Source: Streblomastix strix (taxonomy: Eukaryota). Taken from it: DNA of 50,188 nucleotides. The first letter of the stretch is position 1, and each line of letters begins with the position of its first letter. The position numbers were made by a program, and so were the translations under genes. The notes below the pieces were generated by a model. That model searched no databases. It saw only the letters and a list, made by a program, of their open reading frames with translations, and was not told where the DNA came from. Positions 40,001 to 50,188 of the stretch are shown piece by piece. The DNA is taken from contig SNRW01000006.1 of the NCBI GenBank assembly GCA_008636045.1, forward strand, positions 1-50,188. Direction: 5' to 3'.

Positions 40001-43000
40001 ACACCATTATTCGTTCATGTATCAAAACAATTCTTACAATCATATAACTAAGCAAATTCAAGGCCAAGACCTTAACTTCACTCATTAATACATATTTTAA
40101 TTACAAATTGTCCATTAAATTTCAATTTAGTAATTTAATTATCATATTAAATATAATATGAGTTTGACAGGTACTAAATATCTTCATTTAATTTCTCATA
40201 ACCTGAGATTGGAGTTGAGATAAATAAAAAGAAGCATGCGCCAAGAAGGCATTTCTTAAATTTCTTAAGAAAGATTTATGAACACTTTCATTGTGAATAT
40301 TATTGTGAAATAAAAGAATTGAGTTATAGATGTTAGAACAAATATTATTATAACTATAATAAAAGAGACATCAACAATATTTAATATGAAATTATAGGAA
40401 GAAGAGACGTATGGTTAATTAGTTAAAATATCAAAAATAGTATTAAATAAAACTAGGATAAAGATAATAAAACATTGTTAGAATATTAAGAATATCCTTA
40501 ATTATAATATTTGAATAATTAATCTCCTTTTTCTTAATCTCAATTAATACAATCACCTTCTTAATAATAATAATAAATCTATGATTCAACTTTTTGTTTC
40601 TATTATTCTAATCCTAATAATGAATAAAACTAACAATTAATAAATAAAAGTACGGAGAATAATAAATTTTTTACAATTTTCAACATTTAAAGTCAAAAAT
40701 TACAGCAAAATTTGATGTTTTTATCTCCTTCTTCGCCCTCATCTTCATAATCATCGTATTAATCTGCTCAGTAATCTTAATCTTAATAACAATTTTTAAT
40801 TTGTAAACCATCGTAATTTTAAAGGTAAGAACATTAAGAGAACGAAGATTAAAATTGGTTTAGATCATTTTTAGTGATTTGGATTAAATTTGTTTTAAGG
40901 GCTTATTCTCATTTCTTTGATACATAAGCGTTTTCAAAATATTTATTAGAAATTGAAGAAATATTGTTAAAATCTCCCTTTTTAGCAAAATAATTATTAG
41001 ATGTTCTAACTTAATAAAAATAAGAGGAAGATTACATTTTATATTTAATGTTAAAGGAAAAGAAGCAAAAAGAGAGAAAAGAAGAATAAATAAGAATAAA
41101 AGAAGGTCAAGAAAGATGGGCAAGAACAGTTGAAAGAAGAAGAGATTTATAGTAAAATTTGGGATCTGAACAAATGAATGAATAAAGAAATGAGTAATTA
41201 AATAAATATATAGAAAAGAAAGAGAGTTAATAAAGAATCAGTGAAGAAAAGAAAGAAAAGAATAAAAGTATGGAGGAATAGAATGGAAAAAAGAATGAAA
41301 AATTAAATAATGATAATGAAAAGAAACTATATAAAATGAAGAATAATTTAATAGAATCAGAATAAATTATTGATGAAACATAAAATAATGCTGAAAAAAA
41401 AGATGAATCCGAGTAATAAATTACGTAAGTTTAAGATATAAAAAAATAAATCTCATCAAAAATAAATGAATACAATAAATTAGAGTTATTTGAAGATGAT
41501 TATAAAGTGATATTCTTGAATAAATAAAGTGAAAAGAAAGAAATTACTAATAAAGAATAATTATAAATTATTGAAGACATTAATGGAGAAATATAAGGTG
41601 TATTAGAAGAAGAAAGAGAAGAAGAAGATGACAATTTTAATGAGGAAGAAGATAAGGAAGAAGAAGAAGGACAAGAATAAGATGAAATAGAATAGGAAGT
41701 TTTAGATGATGAAGATGCAGATGACATTGAAGAAGAAGATGGAGAGGTTGATGATGGTGAAGAAGAGGATGAAGAATAAAATGAAGAAGAAGAATTATAT
41801 GATAAGAAAGAAAACAATAAAGAAGATTAAAAAGATGAAAATGAAGAAGAAGTTGATGATGATGAAGAAGAAGAAGATTAAAAATGGAAAGAAATTGATT
41901 TAAATTTATTATAAATATAAATATAATAATAATCTGATATTAATGAATAATCCCAAAATGAAATTGAAATTTTAGAAAATGAATAGGGAATTACTAATGA
42001 AGAAAAAAATATTTAAAATACATAAATATTTTCAAAGAAAAAAGGAAAAAAGAAAAAATAAAAGATTATTAGAGGAGGTATATTATAGAACGAATAATCT
42101 TAGTCTCAATCTTAATAATATTTACTGGAACAAAAATAAAGTTCTATGATCAAATAATTACCATAAGCATATTTAGAAGATTCATCTTAATAAATTGGTG
42201 ATGATGATGATGATGATGAGAATGACAATGAAGGAGAAGTTAATTAATCTTCATCTGTACTTTAAGATGATGAATAAATTGAATAAGAAGAAGAATAAGA
42301 AAATGAAGATATATTGAAAGATGGTAAAGATGAGATTAATGAATAATAAAATGATACATCTCTGTCAGATTCTGATAATCCATCTTCTCAAACTCCTCAT
42401 CATGGTCATCACAGCCATTCTAATAGTGAACACTTAAGTGAAGATGATAAATTCTTTTCATCAAATCCTTTTCATTCTAAATAAGCTTATGATTCTAAAT
42501 AATAAAAAGAAAGATTTTCATACTTGAAATAATTTGAATACAGATCATTAATCAGAGAATATTTTTACTCATGTTTTAGTCCTATAATGAAAAAAGGATT
42601 TATAAGAATGTTATATGCATGTATTAAATCAATAATTACATATATTGAAAGTTAATAAGGATTAAAGATCATAAAAACAGAAAAAGAGATAAAAGAAAGA
42701 TAGAAAGAAGAAAAAGAAAGATAGAAAGAAGAAAAAGAAAAAGAGAAAGAAAAAGAAAGAGAAAGAAAAAGAGAAATAAAAGCAATAAAAGAGAAAGTGA
42801 AGGAAGAAAGAAGAAGAGAAAAAAGTAGAAGATATGAAGTTGAAGAATAATAGGATGAACCATACGAGGATGATGTTTAAGAAGAAAATGAAAATGAATT
42901 TTTTATAGGAATAAATAATTAATAAAATGAAAATGAAGAACCCGAAAGAAATAAATAAGAATAAGAGAATTAATAAAAGGATAATAGTGTAAATATAGAT

Positions 43001-43550
43001 TTGGATAAACAATAAGATTATTAATAATAATAAACAGATGAAGATGAAATTCCATTAACAATTAGAAGTGGAAAGAAATTAGATTTTAATGAAATATATA
43101 ATAATAATAATTTACTAAATGAATAATAAATAGAATCATATTCAACGCCATAAGCCAAATCTTCTTAATTGTCTTCATAAACAAATTTCCCAATAAATTC
43201 TCCATTTCATTACACATATACTTTTCATTCTCCTCCATCTTAGTCTTTGCCCTAAACTTAATAATTAATTTCTGATTTTAACAACAGTGATTTTGATAAT
43301 TTCAATAATTTTTTTTAAGATAATCTTGAAAGGACTAACTATTATAAAGAGTAGAATATATTTAATGAAAATAATAACCAACAATCTTTAAAAGATGAAT
43401 AACAGTATTTTTCATCCGATGCAATTGGAGATATAGATGGATATATTGATAAGAAGCAGAGAGAGAAATAATAGAAAGCAAAAGACAATAAAATTGAAAA
43501 AGAGAATGAAGAAAATTTATTACAACTATAAACTTATTCTCATCATTATT

Positions 43551-43587
<37 letters not shown>

Positions 43588-46500
43588 AAATTAATAATAA
43601 AATTAATAATAAAATTAATAATAAAATTAATAATAAAATTAATAATAAAATTAATAAAAAAATTAATATTATTATAACAATAACTAACCATTTTATTAAA
43701 CGTCTTTATCTTCATAATCACCATTATAATATTAACCACCTCTTCATATGCAATTTCCTTTATAGGTGATTCCATTTATCTAATCATTGTTATATTTCTT
43801 TCAATCAATTATTGATATTATTCCTTTTCTTTCAACTGACATTGAGAAATTTTACCCTTCAATTGAATAATAAATTAAAGATGTTGAAAATGAAAAAGAA
43901 AGAGAATAAGACCTAGCTGATGAAAAGAGAATGGAAACGATTATTAATGTTTAATAGTTTAAAGATAATAAAGAAAAAAAGAATTAAAGAAGAAAAAATT
44001 AATCTAAATTAGATTTATTTATTTATTTTATTCTTCCTAAACCTCCCTAACCTCCAGATTCATCTCCATTATTTTTATTTATTAGAGATTGCTGTTTGTT
44101 ATCTCCTATAATATCAACTTTATTTCATTCATTATATTTACCTTAGTACTGTCATGATTATATTACTTCATCTTAATTTCATGAAGAAGATCTTATTAAA
44201 ATCAACAACATAAAATAATAATAGTTAAATTAGATAGAACAATAATAGTTATAAAATCATAAAAATATTACATTACCTGAAAAAAGAAATTAATTATAAA
44301 ATAAATAACAATAAATATAACTAAATTAACAATAATTAAATTTTAATAATATACTTTCACCCCAAAAAATAGAATAATCAATATCATTGTCTCCACAAAT
44401 AAAAAATAATTTTGCCAAATTAAATTCTTAACTTCTTCTTTAACCGCTTTAATAATCTTAACCACTTTTTTCTTAAAAATAGTTACATTATTAAGCATAA
44501 TCTTTATAATTTAACTTAATTTAGAAGGCTAGTTAATATATTTATTTATTAGATGAACAACATTGGAAAAATGAATTAAAATAAGGTTAAGGATTGAAAA
44601 AATTATAATAATAAAAAAGAATAATTGATGAATATATATAATAGAATAATAAATTTTAAAATAGACAATAAAACGTGGATTAAAGAGAAGGGAAAAATTT
44701 TAACTTTACAAGTAGCTTTTTATATGATTAATAATAAAATAATTAAAATTAATACAGCTCATAATAACAATTTTAATCGCCATTATAATAAAGTAAACAT
44801 TATTAAATTGTAAATAAGCAAATAGATAATAAATTATCTAAATAACTTCAATAAATTAAAAGAAAGCCTCGTAAAATTAAAAAGAAAAGATAAATCATAA
44901 TGAAAGGTAAAAGAATATAAAGTGTTTATAATTAAGAATAGCCAGAGAATGATAAACAAAGAATAACTTCATTAATATATATGTTATTAGCAATGTATAA
45001 AAATACTCTTGGACTTAGTGTGTCAGATTCATAATTTATAATAGGAATAAAAAATTATAAATTTAATGAGAATGATGAAAATTATATTTTTATGCCATTT
45101 TCCTATTTATTCAATAATTTTGATAAAGATGATGAAGATGAAATAAATTTTGGAAAGGAAACAATAAGTAAATAACAAAATGAAAAAGATAAAGATAAAA
45201 ATGAAATGATTAAATATGAAAATTTAAAGTAAGATAATATTATTGATAATAATTAAAGAAATAATCAAAATTTAACTTCATTTTTCTCTCATTCTTCATT
45301 TCATATCAGCAACTAGTCTATTAATATTAATTACAATAATAAATCATATGAAAATATATTAACTGCTTATTTTATTGAAGAATTATTAGTAAAGTCAAGG
45401 GCAAATAAACACGTGAATGAATTATTGAATTTAATAATATAATAGGATAGATAAGGCATTGCATTACAATTAAATTAATAATATAGAATGATTTACAGCC
45501 CTTATGAATAGTTTAACAATTAATAAAACTCTTATTCGTAAACTCTTTTTCCTTCATAAAATTCTACATCTTCATCATCATCTTAACCTCAATCATTTTA
45601 ATTGCAGTAATAAATGTATTAACTTCAAATTCCTTCTCCTTCTTCTTCTCCATCACTTTCTCCATAATTATATTAGCATCAATTATAGCAGCAATATTAA
45701 TTCAATATAATTACTTTAACCCATTCATAAATACTAATAGCATGTTTTAATTCATTGGAAATGATAATGAAGAATGTAATGCAATTACCCTTATTAAATA
45801 TTAATAAATATAGAAAAATTAAAAAGAGGAAAGAGAATGAAAATGAAAAAGAAAAGAAAGAGAAAGAAAAAATAAAGAAATCGAAAGAGAAGAAAAAAGA
45901 AAAGTATTAAGAAGATAAAAATGATATTTAGGACTAAGATAGTTAAATGTAATTTGAAAATGAAAAGGAATAAACAGAGCATTTAAATGAGGATAATATA
46001 AATGAAATGGAAAAATTAAAATTAATGATGAAAGAATTAAAGTTAAGAAAAGATGAGAATGATGTTACATTTAATGATTGTTTGATGATTTATATAGATT
46101 TAATTATTACGATGTTCGAAGAACATAAGTAAATATATAATTGCACATAAACTATCCTTCCTTAATCTTCATCAATATCAGCTTCTTCTCCACCACAATA
46201 ATAACAGAAGTAATCATTTAATTCAGATTAGGATATTCAAGTTTAACCCATATCTCCTACTTAATATTAATAATTTAATTAGTATCCTACAATAATTTGT
46301 AATGCAATACTAAGATTATTTGATATCATTATATTTGATTTATAATTTAATTAAAGAAGAGATTTATAATTATAATCTATATTAGCAATTTAGTGGTTTG
46401 TATAACGAAATGAAGCTTTATGTGAATTATTAATAAATGGAAAAGATGTTTTGATAAAATTAATTAGCATGATGACAGTTTGTTATGAATATGATTTAAG

Positions 46501-49500
46501 GAAAATAGATAATAAGATTTTAAAAAATATTTATATTAATTTAAATATAAAAAATACAAAAGTAAAATTAGATGATAAGTAAAGAGATAAGAATAAGTCA
46601 TAAGAAAAAACGAGTAAAAAATAGTTAAAAGTGTATTAAATTAATGAAAATGAATTTGATTTATCAAATAATAATTATGAAAATTATAATGACGATATTT
46701 ATAATTTAAATGATTGGAATACTGAATAAGAAGAAGAAGCATATTTAATGTTTTTTAATTCTTTATCCAAACAAAATAAACAATCATCAGGTCTTCCTTT
46801 AGCTTATACTTCATCATATTCTTAATAATAGTCATTATAGCAATTGTCACAATCAATACTTAATAATAATTAATACTCTGCTAATGATATAAGGCAGGCT
46901 GTTGCATTATTGATATGTAATATTATAATGAAAAAGAAAATCTAATTGAGAATTAATGATGAGCACAATAATAATGAAAATTCAAATTCAAATCAATAAA
47001 ATATTTAAAACAATAGTCTTATTTCTTAGTTATTTTCTCCTTTATTTTAGTTTAAACGTGATTTAGCAAATAATGAATAAAATAACATATATTATAAAAT
47101 AAATAATATAAAAGAAATTATTAAACAAATAAGGATAAAGAAAATGAAGAAAATAATAAAATACTCTCTAACAGATTATTAAAGAACATACTTTACTAAA
47201 TAATAATAACAATAACTATTGAATATTTTATAATTTAATTCTCCTCTGCCTTTGTTGTTATAGTAATAGTAAATTTCAAATTAAATTAATAATAAAATAA
47301 ATACAAATATGAATGAAAATAGTAATAATTTGATTTCATTCCAACAATTCATTTCCACTTCATCACCATCTTCATAACAATAACAGAATGTCATGCTACT
47401 TCCTCATTCATTTAACGTAAATTAAATTAATTAATAAATTAGCATAGGCAAATCATTTGCTTCTCCTCCTTTAAGAATAGTACCATATACAAATGTTGGA
47501 GTTTTTTAATAAATTCTTCCTTAATGGTTAATTTAATTAAATAAATAATTTAATGTATCTCATTAATAATAATAATTAAATTATTCGAATAAATAAATAG
47601 CAGAATAAGAAGGAAATAAATGGAAAATGGAATTGTATGATAAACAAATAAATAAAACTTAGGAATAATTAGAAAAGAATAGAAAAAATTTATATTAGTA
47701 AATATTGTTGCATGATAAATAATAAAAATAAAAGAATGAAAAAAGAAAAATCGATTTAAAAGAAGGATAAAAGAAATTTAACATATTAGAATAAAGCGAT
47801 ATAAATGGTTTAATTGAAGACAACAATTAAAATGAATTGGAATAAATTGAAGATGATGAAGATGCTGGAAATGAATAAGAAGAAGGTGAGTCGGAAGATG
47901 ATTAAGAATTAGATGGAGATGGAAATGGTAAGGATGACTATGATGTATTCATTAATTAATCTTCCTCTTTTGATATTGAGTAAGGAAATGTTATAAGTAT
48001 GGGAATGATGTATAGTTATTGCAAAGGAAATCATTTCTAAGTACCTTGGATTAGAAATGAAAGAGAGTTTAGAGAAAAAGAAAAATTAAAAGGAAAAGGG
48101 AAAGAAAAAGAAAAAGATTTTGATATACGTAATGATATTGATTAAGAATAAAGTAGAATGAAAAGAATGCTTTCAAATTTATTATTTGATTATACATCAA
48201 CACCAATTCATTCATCTTCTTAATTGAATAGTAATGCTGATAGATAGGAATATATTATTAGATCAAATAGAATTTCATTCTTTTCTCCATTTATCTTTGT
48301 TGATGATGATTATGATGAAGAAGAATTAGTAGATTAATAACCATAAACATAATTATACATATAATAACAATTAGACAATAATCAACCTAATTTCGAAATA
48401 TTAATATAAATAATTGATGGAATATTTTCTTTTCTTTATTTTTATAATAAATCTTACTAATAATAAATAGATTAGTATAAATTTTTGAATGAGTAAAGAT
48501 TGGACAATATATAATAAATAAATAATAATAAATGTTAGAATAGCAATTAAAATATTAATTACAGCTTTAAGAACATAAATATATTTGTAATCGCAACTTT
48601 TCATCTTTATATTCTCTCCTTATTTTTTTATTACACATAAAATTGAAAAAATTTGATAATAAGAAGAAAATTAAGGATTTAAATAGAAGTGGCTATGTTA
48701 ATAATAATGAATTGTAATAAACATATTTTGAAAGTAATTTAAACAATAATAAATATTAACAATAGCATTTACAGTTATATAATAATATTATTCAATTGCC
48801 TTTTAGTAATAAATATTCAATATAAATAAATTAATAAATTAATTAGTAAATATATCATTAAACGCTTTTTTTAATCCACCCAAATATAATTAAATCATTT
48901 GATTATTAGATTTCTAATTATTTTATATCATATCTTCTTAATAACATATTTAAATATATTAATGAATGTTGTAATGCTTAACTTCCTTATCATTTCTTTA
49001 CACTTACTTCATCATAGAATTAAATGAGTAACAATAACGATAATTAACGTTCATTTCATTCATCAAATCACCATAATTCTCAATCAAATTCTCGTTCTAG
49101 TTCTCGTTCTCGATCATATTCACGTTCGAATTCTCATAATCATGCTAAAAAATAGTTGGGCATAGATTAAAAAAAGTAGTAATAATAATCTATACTAAAA
49201 ACTGCTATTAATATTAATAAAAATAAAAACATTAAAAAATCGTAAACACCTCCTCCATTTTCATCTTCATTTTTTTATTCTTCATAATTATAATAATAAA
49301 TAAAATCATAATCAAAGTAATAATATTAGTAGTCTCAATAGCCAATACCAATCTATCCATCAGAACATTCATATTAATGTTAATATTCATCTTTTATTTA
49401 ATTAATCAATTCAATTCAGATATTATCCTCTTTATTATATTCTGAACCAAATTATGCATTAAATGTATTAAAATGGATAAAAGAATATGAATAAGATAAA

Positions 49501-50188
49501 GAAAATGAGAAAGAAAAGGGACATAAAAAGAAAAAAGAAAAGGATAAAATAAATCAATAAAATAAAGAAGAATATAATTAATAAACAATTTCCCAATTTG
49601 ATATTATCATACATTCGATTATTCATCTATTTAATACAGTTTCATAATATATTCAATCCTATGATGATCTCTTATAAGAAAAACCATAATAATAAAAGAA
49701 ATAATAGGAAAATCATTTACTTATTTCACCAAAATTTTTACATAAACATTCATTTTCTTCTTTAATTAATTAATAACAAGACGCTTTTTCTTCATCTTCA
49801 TCAAAAATCAATTCATCTTCAGTTAATTCAAATAACTATTCATTAATATTATCGGGTTATTTATTATATTCATTATTAAATTTATTTATTATAATAAGTG
49901 AAGGAATTTTTATCGTGATAACGAAAAATGTATAAAATAAGTAATAATAATCTTCAAATTCTACATAATAAACATAAGATCAATAATAATAATCTGTGGA
50001 CAATTCATTTTTAAATATTAATGATAATTGTATATTATATAAGCGATCTATTTCAATTGGCCTTCATAAAACAATTATTTTGAATTTATAATTAATTGAA
50101 TAATTATAATTTCATTTATATACATCTTCATTATAATAGGAATAAGTTAAAAATGACCGAAATGAATTTGAAAAAGATAGCGAATGTG
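28003..50188 (+). CDS. Giant Q/N/E-rich protein (>7000 codons, 3'-truncated), possibly the helical N-terminal region of a USP9X/USP24/USP34-like deubiquitinase
   Basis: ATG at 28003 and two early introns, then a very long code-6 open frame from 28704 (spot-checked, not read codon by codon). It runs in frame 3 up to the N gap, frame 2 after it and frame 1 from ~48520. Ordered islands include LIGYNNIWEACI, a UBL-like INISYSDCVQCLRIRIAKYF and WRFRFIINGGLSSLIQLF. No catalytic domain was seen. Coding status is well supported but the family call is weak. Confidence 0.75.
32521..32874. other. 100-N scaffold gap flanked by an exact 127-bp duplication
   Basis: 32521-32647 is identical to 32748-32874, with Ns at 32648-32747. 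Confidence 0.95.
43551..43670 (+). repeat. Coding microsatellite: (TAA)n followed by a 12-bp unit AATTAATAATAA
   Basis: Translates as polyQ then (NQQQ)n in the frame of the giant gene. Confidence 0.9.

Noticed and set aside
43362..43775. INFI-repeat and NNKI-repeat ORFs
   Set aside because: They are other frames of the coding (NQQQ)n microsatellite.
1339..49588. ORFs in the supplied track as independent genes
   Set aside because: They were computed with TAA/TAG as stops. Most are antisense or off-frame shadows of code-6 genes, and a few are fragments of them.

Overview
This is AT-rich eukaryotic nuclear DNA in which TAA and TAG encode Gln and TGA is the only stop (genetic code 6), so the supplied standard-code ORF track is almost entirely artefactual. 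It has short GT-AG introns. The combination suggests an oxymonad such as Streblomastix, but that is an inference and a ciliate-like host is not excluded. Bases 1-17.5 kb are a nest of mobile DNA. It contains an open pogo-type DDE transposase fused to a C-terminal OTU domain, and a decayed DIRS-like reverse transcriptase region carrying a 195-bp TA-flanked MITE. It also contains a decayed Prim-Pol/SF3 helicase gene split by a 7.2-kb element with 143-bp TIRs and a 6-bp TSD, whose only recognisable cargo is a protein-primed PolB. That PolB is itself interrupted by a long-TIR element. Bases 18.5-50.2 kb hold host genes on the + strand: an LRR protein, two tandem C2-domain Pro/Gly/Tyr-rich paralogs, a coiled-coil protein with FxPxIN repeats, and a giant (>7000 codons) Q/N-rich gene, possibly USP9X/24/34-like, that runs off the window end.
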